Source of the DNA: Tubiluchus corallicola
Lineage: Eukaryota; Animalia; Priapulida
Direction of reading: 5' to 3'
Length of the DNA: 64,000 nucleotides
NCBI GenBank assembly: GCA_030141605.1
Contig: JAQGDQ010002393.1
Location: 64,246 to 128,245 of the forward strand
The notes under the pieces are model-generated. The model saw only the letters and a program-made list of their open reading frames with translations. It had not been told where the DNA came from and made no database searches. A program made the position numbers and the translations under genes. Positions 1-10,058 of this stretch are shown here, piece by piece; position 1 is the stretch's first letter; each line of letters opens with the position of its first letter.

Positions 1-1
1 T

Positions 2-2677
2 GTTAGTTTAGACCAAGTATTGGTTATTGGTTATGGTTCTCAAACAAAAGAGGATGTTACTGGCTCTGTTGTTGGTGTATCAGAAAAGGACTTTAACAAA
101 GGAGCTATTGTTTCTGCTGATGAACTGTTAGCTGGAAAAGTTGCCGGAGTTCAAGTAACTGGGGCAGGAGGGCAACCAGGTAGTGATGTTCAAATAAGAA
201 TAAGGGGAGGCTCTTCTCTATCTGCTTCCAACGACCCTCTGATAGTATTGGATGGAGTTCCCTTAGACAACAAAGACGTTAGTGGAATGGCCAATCCATT
301 AAGTTCTATAAACCCTAACGATATTGAATCCTTTACGGTGCTAAAAGATGCTTCGGCTACTGCTATTTATGGTTCTCGTGCTTCTAATGGGGTAATTATA
401 ATAACAACAAAAAAAGGAAAAGAAGGAGTTCCTTTAAAAATAAATTATAGTAGTTATGGGGCTATGTATACTCCGGGCAGAAGGTTAGAGGTTTTAAATG
501 GGGATGAGCTTAGGAATCTTGTAGCAAACAGGTTTGGAGAAGAAAGTGATGCTTACTCGTTACTTGGTGATGCCAATACTGACTGGCAAGACGAGATATA
601 CAGAACATCTTTTGGAATGGACCACAACCTTAGTTTCACAGGCTCATACAAAAATCTTCCTTATAGGGCTTCCATAGGCTACTCAGATATGGATGGTACC
701 TTAGAAACATTAGAGTTTAAGCGTACTACTGGTTCAGTGTCTCTAATGCCAAGTTTTTTAAAAGATCATTTAACGTTTAACGTCAATGCTAGGGGTATTT
801 ATGTAGAAAATAGGTTTGCAGACCAAGCTGCTGTAGGCGAAGCCCTTCGTATGGACCCTACCCAACCTGTGAGAGTTGACGACGACCGATTTGGAGATTA
901 TTATACTTGGATGAATAGTAATGGCCTTACCCCCAATGGTCAAGCTACTACCAACCCTGTTGCTCGATTAGAGCAAACAGACGACCGTTCTGAAGTTTCT
1001 CGGTTTATAGGAAATATAGAGACAGTATATAAGCTACACTTTTTACCAGAATTAAGTGCACATTTAAACTTGGCATATGATTATTCAAAGTCAAATGGAA
1101 CAAAGTTTATACCTGCAGACGCTGCATTCTCTTTTGCTGTAGATCCAGAAACTTCGAGTCCAGACTTTGGAGGGTCCGATAGGAAATACTCTCAGGAGAA
1201 AAAAAATCAACTCTTAGAGGCTTATCTATCATATAACAAAGAAATAGATAAACACAAAATGGGAGTTACAGGAGGATACTCTTGGCAGCACTTTTGGGTG
1301 TATGACGATGCTTATGATACAAATGTTTTAGGTACAAATTTGTATGATAGTGTAGTTAATAAAACAGAAAACTATTTAGTGTCTTTCTTTGGGCGTGCAA
1401 ATTATACTTATGCTGATAAATATCTCTTAACAGCTACAGTAAGATACGATGGTACCAGCAGATTTCTTAATCATTGGGGCTTGTTCCCTTCTGCAGCCTT
1501 TGCTTGGAGGATAAAACAAGAAGATTTCTTAGCAGATGTAGATTTTATAACTAACTTAAAACTACGTTTAGGCTATGGTATTACAGGGCAACAAGAGATT
1601 AACTCTGGCGACTATCCTGCTATTGCAACATATACTGATGGTAGGGATCAAGTACAGTACCCATTTGGCGATCAATATATAACAACTATTAGACCTAATG
1701 GCTACGATAAAGACTTGAAATGGGAAGAGACTACTACTTATAACATTGGAATAGATTATGGCTTTTTGAAGAATAGAATCTATGGAACGATAGACTATTA
1801 TAGAAGGGAAACGAAAGACCTAATCAATCAAATAAATGTTCCTGCTGGCACTAATCAGACTAATAGAATACTGACAAATGTAGGTAACTTAGAGAACAAT
1901 GGTATAGAACTTGCTATCAATGGAGTGATTTTTAATAAAAAAGATCTTTTCTGGGAAATAGGGCTTAATGCTACAATGAATAATAATAAAATAACTAAAC
2001 TTACAGCGACAGACGACCCAAGCTATGTAGGTGTAGAACACGGAACTGTGCACGTGGGAAATACTGTTCAAATACATAGTGTAGGATATGCTGTAGGTAG
2101 TTTTTATGTATACGAGCAAGTATATGATGAAAATGGCAATCCTATAGAAGGACTTTTTGTGGATAGAAATGGAGACGGTATTATAAATGAAAAGGATCTT
2201 TATCATTATAAAGACCCTGCCCCTGATGCATATTTTGGATTATCATCGAGAGTACAATATAAAAATTGGGATGCTTCGTTTACATCACGAGCCAGTATTG
2301 GCAATTATCTTTATAACAATGTAGAGTATGGAAGGGGAGCTGAACAAGATACGTATAATTCTGCACAGGAATACACTCAAAATATGCTGAAGAGCGGATT
2401 AGGCAACGGATTTGAGACTACAAATGTACCAAGCGGCCATAAATCTGATTATTTTGTGCAAAATGCTTCTTTTTTCAAGTTAGATAATGTGTCAGTAGGT
2501 TATACCTTTCAGAAACTTGTAGAAGGTAAATTGAATTTGCGAGTTTATGGAACAATGCAAAATGTTTTTGTCATAACTCCATATGAAGGTTTAGATCCAG
2601 AAATAAACGGGGGTATTGATAGTGCTGTTTATCCTAGGCCAAGAACATTTATACTGGGCGTAAATGCTAATTTTTAA
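2..2677 (+). CDS. susC: SusC/RagA family TonB-dependent transporter (5' end lies before the window)
   Basis: Frame is open from base 2 (VSLDQVLVIGYG). Plug motifs IRIRG, PLIVLDG and VLKDASATAIYGSRASNGVIIITTKKG; LKWEET; ends YPRPRTFILGVNANF; followed by SusD. Confidence 0.97.
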   Translation, partial: VSLDQVLVIGYGSQTKEDVTGSVVGVSEKDFNKGAIVSADELLAGKVAGVQVTGAGGQPGSDVQIRIRGGSSLSASNDPLIVLDGVPLDNKDVSGMANPLSSINPNDIESFTVLKDASATAIYGSRASNGVIIITTKKGKEGVPLKINYSSYGAMYTPGRRLEVLNGDELRNLVANRFGEESDAYSLLGDANTDWQDEIYRTSFGMDHNLSFTGSYKNLPYRASIGYSDMDGTLETLEFKRTTGSVSLMPSFLKDHLTFNVNARGIYVENRFADQAAVGEALRMDPTQPVRVDDDRFGDYYTWMNSNGLTPNGQATTNPVARLEQTDDRSEVSRFIGNIETVYKLHFLPELSAHLNLAYDYSKSNGTKFIPADAAFSFAVDPETSSPDFGGSDRKYSQEKKNQLLEAYLSYNKEIDKHKMGVTGGYSWQHFWVYDDAYDTNVLGTNLYDSVVNKTENYLVSFFGRANYTYADKYLLTATVRYDGTSRFLNHWGLFPSAAFAWRIKQEDFLADVDFITNLKLRLGYGITGQQEINSGDYPAIATYTDGRDQVQYPFGDQYITTIRPNGYDKDLKWEETTTYNIGIDYGFLKNRIYGTIDYYRRETKDLINQINVPAGTNQTNRILTNVGNLENNGIELAINGVIFNKKDLFWEIGLNATMNNNKITKLTATDDPSYVGVEHGTVHVGNTVQIHSVGYAVGSFYVYEQVYDENGNPIEGLFVDRNGDGIINEKDLYHYKDPAPDAYFGLSSRVQYKNWDASFTSRASIGNYLYNNVEYGRGAEQDTYNSAQEYTQNMLKSGLGNGFETTNVPSGHKSDYFVQNASFFKLDNVSVGYTFQKLVEGKLNLRVYGTMQNVFVITPYEGLDPEINGGIDSAVYPRPRTFILGVNANF

Positions 2678-2697
2678 TTTTTAAAGATATAAATACA

Positions 2698-4275
2698 ATG
2701 AAACAAAAAAATATTATATCATTAATCGCAGTTATAGGACTTGTTCTATTGAGTTCCTGCCTTAAAGATTTAAAAGTTACGCCTATAGATGATAAAGTAA
2801 ATGTTGAGGAAGATGTATATAATAGTCAAGAAGGTTATTTGGGTGTGTTGGCCAAGTGCTATGCGGGATTGGCTGTTTCGGGACAACAAGTAGATGGCGA
2901 CCCAGATATTCACGGGATAGATGAAGGTTTTGGGCAGTATTTGAGAGGGTATTTTTACCATCAACAGTTTACTACTGATGAAACAGTAGTAGCCTGGAAC
3001 GACCAAACCATTTTTGATTTTCATTATCAAAAATGGACATCGCAAGATGTTTTCATTACAGCACATTTTGCCAGAATTATGAACCAAATAACGTTGTGCA
3101 ATGAATTTATAAGACAAACTAAGAAAGCTCCAGCAGAATGGACTGAGATTCCTCTTTACGCAGCAGAGGCAAGGTTTTTAAGGGCGTTAAGTTATTGGCA
3201 CGCAATGGATCTTTTTGGAAATCCTCCTTTTGTTACAGAAGATGATGAAGTAGGTAAATTTTTTCCAAGACAAATAGGTAGAGCAGAGCTCTTTAACTAT
3301 ATAGAGACAGAATTGAAAGAGATAGAAGATAAGCTTTCAGAACCTCGGCAAGTAGACTATGGAAGAGCAGATAAAGCTGCTGCTTGGATGTTGCTTGCAA
3401 AACTCTACTTAAATGCAAAAGTTTATATAGATACAGAAAAATATACAGACGCAATCACGTATTTGAACAAGATAATAAATAGTAGTTACTCTCTACACGA
3501 TAACTATGCACAGCTATTTATGGCAGATAATGATAAAACTGATGCGAAAACAGAAATTATATTTCCTATAAGATATGATGGGCTGCGAACACAAACATAT
3601 GGAGGAACACTTTTCATAATTGCTGCTTCTGTAGGTGGAAGAATGACTCCTTTAGATTATGGAGTTAAAGAAGGATGGGCAGGAATAAGAACCACAAAAG
3701 CATTGATACATAAATTTACACAAACACCACCTCCAAACGACAAGCTTGATGATGGACGGTACTTGTTTTTTTCTGATGGACAAAACTTGGATATACAAAA
3801 TATAGAAAAATTTACTGACGGATACCCTGTAGTGAAATTTACCAACAAAACTTCTACTGGTACCAATGGTTCGTCTATTGATTTTCCTGACACAGATTTC
3901 CCTATGTTTCGCTTGGCAGACGCTTATCTTATGTATGCTGAAGCTGTGTTAAGAGGTGGAACTGGCGGAAGCACAAGCAATGCATTAGGCTATATCAACG
4001 AATTGCGGGAAAGAGCCTATGGTGATAATTCAGGTGAGGTAACTGGTCTTACTCTTGATTTTATCTTGGATGAACGTTCAAGAGAGCTATATTACGAATG
4101 TCATAGAAGGACTGATTTAATACGTTTTGGAAAATTCTCTAATACACCTTATACGTGGCCTTGGAAAGGAGGAACATATGATGGTAGGTCGGTAAGTCAA
4201 ATATACGACTTATTTCCTATACCTGCAGCTGATATAACAACCAATATTAATTTGCAACAAAATCCTGGTTATTAA
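2698..4275 (+). CDS. susD: SusD/RagB family glycan-binding lipoprotein (starch SusD-like)
   Basis: Lipobox LSSC; EARFLRALSYW, FRLADAYLMYAEA, ILDERSRELYYECHRRTDLIRFG; ends QNPGY. Confidence 0.96.
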   Translation: MKQKNIISLIAVIGLVLLSSCLKDLKVTPIDDKVNVEEDVYNSQEGYLGVLAKCYAGLAVSGQQVDGDPDIHGIDEGFGQYLRGYFYHQQFTTDETVVAWNDQTIFDFHYQKWTSQDVFITAHFARIMNQITLCNEFIRQTKKAPAEWTEIPLYAAEARFLRALSYWHAMDLFGNPPFVTEDDEVGKFFPRQIGRAELFNYIETELKEIEDKLSEPRQVDYGRADKAAAWMLLAKLYLNAKVYIDTEKYTDAITYLNKIINSSYSLHDNYAQLFMADNDKTDAKTEIIFPIRYDGLRTQTYGGTLFIIAASVGGRMTPLDYGVKEGWAGIRTTKALIHKFTQTPPPNDKLDDGRYLFFSDGQNLDIQNIEKFTDGYPVVKFTNKTSTGTNGSSIDFPDTDFPMFRLADAYLMYAEAVLRGGTGGSTSNALGYINELRERAYGDNSGEVTGLTLDFILDERSRELYYECHRRTDLIRFGKFSNTPYTWPWKGGTYDGRSVSQIYDLFPIPAADITTNINLQQNPGY

Positions 4276-4282
4276 TATTAAA

Positions 4283-5059
4283 ATGAAATTTCTTATGAAA
4301 CAAATATATATATTCTTAGCAACGATTTTAATAATGGGTGTCATTCTTTCTTGTGAAAAGGATAAAACAAAAATAGGAAGTAGCGACACCTATACACCTC
4401 CTACTATAACAGGGCCTGAAAGTGGCAAGACCCATATTTTATCAGAAGATGAATCCTATGAAATAGTTGATACTATATCTTGGAAGGCTGCTGATTATGG
4501 GCTTTCTATTGCAACCAAATATTTCATTATTATAGACATAAAGGAGGGCGATTTTTCTACTATTACTTCAATAGGAGAGACAAGCGAAACAAAATTTGAT
4601 ATGGTAGCCAGGGATTTGAATAATGGGGTTTTTATCGGTTTAGGAGCAACAGAAGGCGAGGCCACTGAAATTGAATTAAAGGTAATGGCAGTACAGGAGG
4701 AAATGGAAAATACAATGTATTCAACCAATTCTATTGCCCTTACGGTAACGCCTTACTATGTTCCTAATCCTTTGTGGGGTTTAATTGGTATAAATAATAA
4801 ATGGGGCGAAGGGGGAGCTGATGATGATATACCTATGAATGAAGTAGAAAAAGACCTATGGGTAAAGGAGAATGTTGTAGTCACTGAAAGTGGCGGATTC
4901 AAATTCCGTTTAGATGGTAGTTGGGATGAAGAATATTCTTTCGGAGGGTCATATGGCACATTGATAAAGGGTGGAGGTCCTAATATTCCAATTTATGAGG
5001 GGACACATAAAATTACTTTAGACCTTGGAACAGTCCCAGCTACTTATAAGATAGAGTAG
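4283..5059 (+). CDS. SusE/F-like surface glycan-binding lipoprotein
   Basis: Lipobox ILSC (start may be ATG 4295); SusE-like N-domain (ISWKAADYG) and CBM-like FKFR..W segment; directly after susD. Confidence 0.8.
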   Translation: MKFLMKQIYIFLATILIMGVILSCEKDKTKIGSSDTYTPPTITGPESGKTHILSEDESYEIVDTISWKAADYGLSIATKYFIIIDIKEGDFSTITSIGETSETKFDMVARDLNNGVFIGLGATEGEATEIELKVMAVQEEMENTMYSTNSIALTVTPYYVPNPLWGLIGINNKWGEGGADDDIPMNEVEKDLWVKENVVVTESGGFKFRLDGSWDEEYSFGGSYGTLIKGGGPNIPIYEGTHKITLDLGTVPATYKIE

Positions 5060-5157
5060 AGATACCAGAATAATAAAAAAACAGCCAAAAATCAACATTT
5101 TTTTTAATAGCAGCAAAATAATTGCCTGTTTTATTTCACACGAAATAATTTGCAAAA

Positions 5158-6999
5158 ATGAAAAAATACGCATCCTTGTTATCGTTATTGCTGTTATCAA
5201 ATTTTATTATGGCGCAGCAATTTAGAGTAGAGCCTCCTTTTTGGTGGGTGGGAATGAAAAATACAGAATTGCAATTGTTGGTATATGGTGAAAACATTGC
5301 AGAACTTCAGCCAGAGCTCAATTACAAAGGAGTAACAGTAGAGAAAACCACAAGGGTAAAAAGCCCTAACTATCTTTTTATTGACCTTGCTATTGCTACC
5401 AATACCACAGCAGGTAGCTTTGATATAAATTTCAAAAAGGATAATGAAATAGTAAGAACATACAGCTACGAACTGATGCAAAGAGAGCAAGAAGGGGCAG
5501 CCATAGAGGGGTTTAATAATACGGACGCTATTTATCTTATCACGCCCGACCGTTTTGCTAATGGTAACACAGAGAACGACAATGTGAAAGGTTTGACAGA
5601 TAAGTTAAACCGAGATGATATAAACGGACGGCACGGGGGAGATATACAAGGTATGATAGACCACTTGGATTACATAAAAGATATGGGTTTTACTGCTATA
5701 TGGTTAAACCCTGTGCTTGAAAACAATCAACCTCAATATTCTTATCACGGCTATGCTACTACCGATTTTTACAAGGTGGATGCCAGATATGGCACTAACG
5801 AGGAATACAAGCAACTTTCTAAAATAGCCAAAGAAAAAGGTATTAAGCTGATAATGGATATGATAGCAAACCATTGTGGTTCAAAGCATTGGTGGATGAA
5901 AGACCCACCTATGTCCGATTGGTTAAACTTTCAAGAAGACTTTCAACAAACCAACCATCAACGCACTGTATTGCAAGATCCTTATGCTTCTAAAATAGAC
6001 CACAAAATGTTTACTGATGGGTGGTTTGTAAAAACAATGCCCGACCTCAATCAGAAAAATCCATTTATGGCGAAGTACCTCATACAAAACACTATTTGGT
6101 GGATTGAGTATTTGGGCTTATCGGGTATAAGGCAGGATACTTATTCGTATCCTGATATGAATTTTATGGCAGATTGGACGTGTGAAATAATGAAAGAATA
6201 TCCCAATTTCAATGTTGTAGGTGAGGAGTGGTCAGAAAATCCGGCTATTGTATCTTACTGGCAAAAGGGTAAAGTTAATCCAAATGGTTACACATCTTGC
6301 CTTCCCAGTTTGATGGATTTTCCGCTACAAGCAGCATTGAAAAAAAGTTTAGAGGGAGAGAAAGAAAAGTGGCAACAGGATTGGATTAAACTTTATGAGG
6401 CATTAGCTAATGACTTTTTGTATTCAGACCCTTATAATCTGGTAGTCTTTCCTGATAATCACGATATGAGCAGGTTCTATGCTCAAGTAGGAGAAGACTT
6501 TGATTTATTTAAGTTGGGAATTGTTTACATATTGACTACAAGAGGTATTCCTCAAATTTATTACGGAACGGAAATTTTGATGACCAATACAGAGGAAGAA
6601 CAGCACGGAGATATTCGTAGCGACTTCCCCGGAGGTTGGGAAGGGGATAAGGTAAATGCTTTTACAGGAGAAGGCTTAACCGCTAAGCAAAAAGAAGCAC
6701 AGAAATTTATAAAGAACTTAGTAAATTGGCGAAAACAAGCAAGTGTTATCCATTATGGCAAGATGATGCACTTCACCCCTAAGGATGGTGTATATGTATA
6801 TTTTAGATACAATGATGAGGAAAAAGTAATGGTGGTGTTAAATAAAAGTGAAAAGACACGAACATTAGATTTAAAAAGATTTGAAGAAATGTTGGAGGGA
6901 GTTTCAACAGCAAAGAACATTGTAACAAACAGATCTATACAATTAAAAGACAAATTGAAGATTTCTAGTGGCACTGCGATGGTATTAGAAATAGAGTAA
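5158..6999 (+). CDS. GH13 cyclomaltodextrinase/neopullulanase (SusA-like)
   Basis: Signal peptide; RVEPPFWWVGM N-domain; YLITPDRFANG, SYHGY; catalytic GIRQD, VGEEW, DNHD. Confidence 0.92.
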   Translation: MKKYASLLSLLLLSNFIMAQQFRVEPPFWWVGMKNTELQLLVYGENIAELQPELNYKGVTVEKTTRVKSPNYLFIDLAIATNTTAGSFDINFKKDNEIVRTYSYELMQREQEGAAIEGFNNTDAIYLITPDRFANGNTENDNVKGLTDKLNRDDINGRHGGDIQGMIDHLDYIKDMGFTAIWLNPVLENNQPQYSYHGYATTDFYKVDARYGTNEEYKQLSKIAKEKGIKLIMDMIANHCGSKHWWMKDPPMSDWLNFQEDFQQTNHQRTVLQDPYASKIDHKMFTDGWFVKTMPDLNQKNPFMAKYLIQNTIWWIEYLGLSGIRQDTYSYPDMNFMADWTCEIMKEYPNFNVVGEEWSENPAIVSYWQKGKVNPNGYTSCLPSLMDFPLQAALKKSLEGEKEKWQQDWIKLYEALANDFLYSDPYNLVVFPDNHDMSRFYAQVGEDFDLFKLGIVYILTTRGIPQIYYGTEILMTNTEEEQHGDIRSDFPGGWEGDKVNAFTGEGLTAKQKEAQKFIKNLVNWRKQASVIHYGKMMHFTPKDGVYVYFRYNDEEKVMVVLNKSEKTRTLDLKRFEEMLEGVSTAKNIVTNRSIQLKDKLKISSGTAMVLEIE

Positions 7000-7186
7000 T
7001 GTTATTTCAATAGGTAGAAAATAATATACAATGTTAGTGCTATTCGTATTAGAACTTTGCTGTTGCAAAATATATAAGGAATCTTAAAAACGCATGAAAT
7101 ATATATTTTCATAGGTATAAATATATTGCTTATTACCAGCCTCTAATACCATTACCATAAGTAGAATAGATATTTTAAGTGAAAAA

Positions 7187-10030
7187 ATGTTCAAAAATTG
7201 GATTTTATATCTCTTTAGCTTGTTCTTTAGCTATGTTGTTGTTGCCCAAGTAGTAACAACAGATCCAGATTTTCCTGTGGAAGGAGAACCTGTTACTATT
7301 ACTTTTGATGCTACGCAGGGAAACCAAGGCTTAAAAGATTATACGGGTGATGTATATGCTCATACTGGGGTTATTACAAATGAGAGTAGTTCTGGTTCGG
7401 ATTGGAAGTATGTAATAGGTGACTGGGGCGAAAACGATAAGCAACCTAAACTTACCCGTTTGAATAGTAACCTCTACGAATTAGAGATTAGCCCTTCTAT
7501 ACTTGATTTTTATGGTGTGCCTATTGGTGAAACAATAGGGCAATTGGCTTTTGTATTTAGAAGCGATGACGGCAATAAAGAGGGGAAAGATGTAGGTGGT
7601 AAAGACATATTTTTAACAGTATATGAAAAAGATATTAGCTTGAAGATAGAAAAGCCTGTATCTTCCTCAATTTTTGTAGATAATGATGAAGAGATTGAAA
7701 TAGAGGCTGTTGCTAGCTTTAATGATAGTATAAAATTATACATAGACAACTTGCTTATATATAAAGTAGAAGGCAATAAGCTATCTTATACTTATACGGT
7801 GGGAGGTAATGAAACAGGTACTCATAAAGTGAAAATAATTGCAGAAAACAGTGAAAATGTAGTAGAAGCAAGTTTTACCTATACGGTAAGAGAAGCTTCC
7901 AATGTTGCACCTTTGCCCAAAGGGGTAAGAGATGGGATTAATATTGTGGATACAGCAACTGTAACCTTGGTGTTGCAGGCTCCGTATAAAAATTCTGTAT
8001 ATGTTATTGGCGATTTTTCTGACTGGGAGATTGAAAGCCAGTATCAAATGAATAGAAGTATAAATAGTACTGATAATCCAGAATTACGTTATTGGATTAC
8101 ACTGACTGACTTAGATAAAAATAAGGAGTATATGTTTCAATATCTTATAGACGAGGAATTGAGACTGGCAGACCCTTACAGCGGCAAAATTAGCGACCCT
8201 TGGAATGATAAATATATTTCTATGGAAAGTTATCCCAACTTGATTGAATATCCAGAAGGGAAAACGCAAGGTATTGTTTCTGTTTTTTCTACTGATATAA
8301 ATGGTTATGAATGGAAGGTAACAAACTTTACACCACCAGACCAAGAAAACTTAGTTATTTACGAACTATTAATAAGAGATTTTACGAACACTAGCGATGG
8401 CAGTGAAGGAAATATCAAAAGTGTTACTGAAAAGTTAGATTATTTAGAAGGGTTAGGGATTAATGCCATAGAACTTATGCCTATTAATGAGTTTGAAGGC
8501 AATAACAGTTGGGGTTATAATCCATCTTTTTATTTTGCATTTGACAAGGTTTATGGTACTCCCAAAGATTTGAAAGAGTTCGTAGACGAATGTCATAAAA
8601 GAGGTATTGCCGTTTTTATAGATTTGGTGCTTAATCATTCCTTTAGTCAGTCCCCATTTTTGCAGATGTATTTTTTTGATGAGGAAAAAAAGCCTACAGA
8701 TGAAAATTTGTGGTACAATGAGGAACATAATTTTAAGAATCCAGATCTTCAATGGGGGTATAGTTTCAACCACGAAAGCCCTTATATGCAGCAGTTAATA
8801 GATAGTATCAATGGGTACTGGCTTAGTGAATATAAGGTGGATGGTTTTAGGTTTGATTTTACCAAAGGATTTTCAAATACTATATATGATGAGGATTCTT
8901 GGGGAAGCGAATATGACGAAAGCAGAGTTAATAACCTAAAAAGAATGTATGATGAAATAAAAAAAAGAAATTCTGATGCTGTTGTTATCTTAGAACATCT
9001 GGCAGGTAATGAAGAAGAAAAAGAGCTTGCTGATTATGGAATGATGCTTTGGGGGAATATGAATCACAATTATAATGAGGCCACTATGGGCTATAATCAA
9101 AATGATCAAAGTAATTTGTCGTGGGGAGCATATACAAGTAGAAACTGGGAAAACCCCCATCTTGTAACTTATATGGAAAGCCACGATGAGGAGCGACTTA
9201 TGTATAAAAACTTGGAATATGGAAACAGTAGTGGTCAATATGATATAAAAGATATGGATATTGCTTTAAAGCGTATTGCTTTGGCTGCCAACTTTTTCAT
9301 TCCTATTCCAGGTCCAAAAATGATTTGGCAGTTTGGAGAATTGGGCTATGATATAAGTATAGATGATCCCGGTCGTGTGGACAGAAAACCTGTAAAATGG
9401 GAGTATTTTGAAGAAAAAAACAGAAGACACTTATATGATGTGTACACATCATTAATAAAACTTAAACAAGAGTATGAAGTATTTCGCACCGAAGATTTTT
9501 CTATGGATGTAAATGACGAGTTAAAAATCATTCATCTCAATCACGATGAAATGAATATATGCATATTAGGAAATTTTGGCGTAGAAATGAAACAAATAAA
9601 CCCAAACTTTCAAACAACAGGTGTATGGTACGAATATTACAGCAATGATAGTATTAGTATTACAGACACACAGAACCTTTTGCTTCTTCCAGCAGGGGCA
9701 TATCAATTATATTCTACAAAAAAATTGCCTCGTTACAATATAGATGATAACATACCAGAAAAAGAAGATGAGATAGATGAGGACAGTGAGAGTATTATTA
9801 CTTATCCCAATCCTATAAATAAAAATAGTCTTCTAAGTATTAGAAACGCAAAAGAAATTAAAGAAATAGACCTTTTAGATAAAGGAGGAAGGTTAATTAA
9901 ACAATATTATTCTGAGAATAAAGATGAAATAAAAATAAAAATCCCATCATTACCTTCTGGGATTTATTTTATACAATTGAGAACGAATGACAATAAAAAA
10001 GAGAATAGAAAACTAATAATTGTAAATTAA
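7187..10030 (+). CDS. Secreted multidomain GH13 alpha-amylase/branching-enzyme-like protein with T9SS C-terminal sorting domain
   Basis: Signal peptide; VYAHTG N-domain; CBM48-like VYVIGDF; SWGYNP, DGFRFD, ESHDE; C-terminal YPNP...LPSGIYFIQL...KLII. Confidence 0.9.
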   Translation: MFKNWILYLFSLFFSYVVVAQVVTTDPDFPVEGEPVTITFDATQGNQGLKDYTGDVYAHTGVITNESSSGSDWKYVIGDWGENDKQPKLTRLNSNLYELEISPSILDFYGVPIGETIGQLAFVFRSDDGNKEGKDVGGKDIFLTVYEKDISLKIEKPVSSSIFVDNDEEIEIEAVASFNDSIKLYIDNLLIYKVEGNKLSYTYTVGGNETGTHKVKIIAENSENVVEASFTYTVREASNVAPLPKGVRDGINIVDTATVTLVLQAPYKNSVYVIGDFSDWEIESQYQMNRSINSTDNPELRYWITLTDLDKNKEYMFQYLIDEELRLADPYSGKISDPWNDKYISMESYPNLIEYPEGKTQGIVSVFSTDINGYEWKVTNFTPPDQENLVIYELLIRDFTNTSDGSEGNIKSVTEKLDYLEGLGINAIELMPINEFEGNNSWGYNPSFYFAFDKVYGTPKDLKEFVDECHKRGIAVFIDLVLNHSFSQSPFLQMYFFDEEKKPTDENLWYNEEHNFKNPDLQWGYSFNHESPYMQQLIDSINGYWLSEYKVDGFRFDFTKGFSNTIYDEDSWGSEYDESRVNNLKRMYDEIKKRNSDAVVILEHLAGNEEEKELADYGMMLWGNMNHNYNEATMGYNQNDQSNLSWGAYTSRNWENPHLVTYMESHDEERLMYKNLEYGNSSGQYDIKDMDIALKRIALAANFFIPIPGPKMIWQFGELGYDISIDDPGRVDRKPVKWEYFEEKNRRHLYDVYTSLIKLKQEYEVFRTEDFSMDVNDELKIIHLNHDEMNICILGNFGVEMKQINPNFQTTGVWYEYYSNDSISITDTQNLLLLPAGAYQLYSTKKLPRYNIDDNIPEKEDEIDEDSESIITYPNPINKNSLLSIRNAKEIKEIDLLDKGGRLIKQYYSENKDEIKIKIPSLPSGIYFIQLRTNDNKKENRKLIIVN

Positions 10031-10058
10031 CAAATAGCTAATGGAAATTTACGTGTAA

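Noticed and set aside
7049-7061. 13-mer TTAGAACTTTGCT also present at 36389-36401
   Set aside because: A single short match in AT-rich DNA, not extendable; likely chance.
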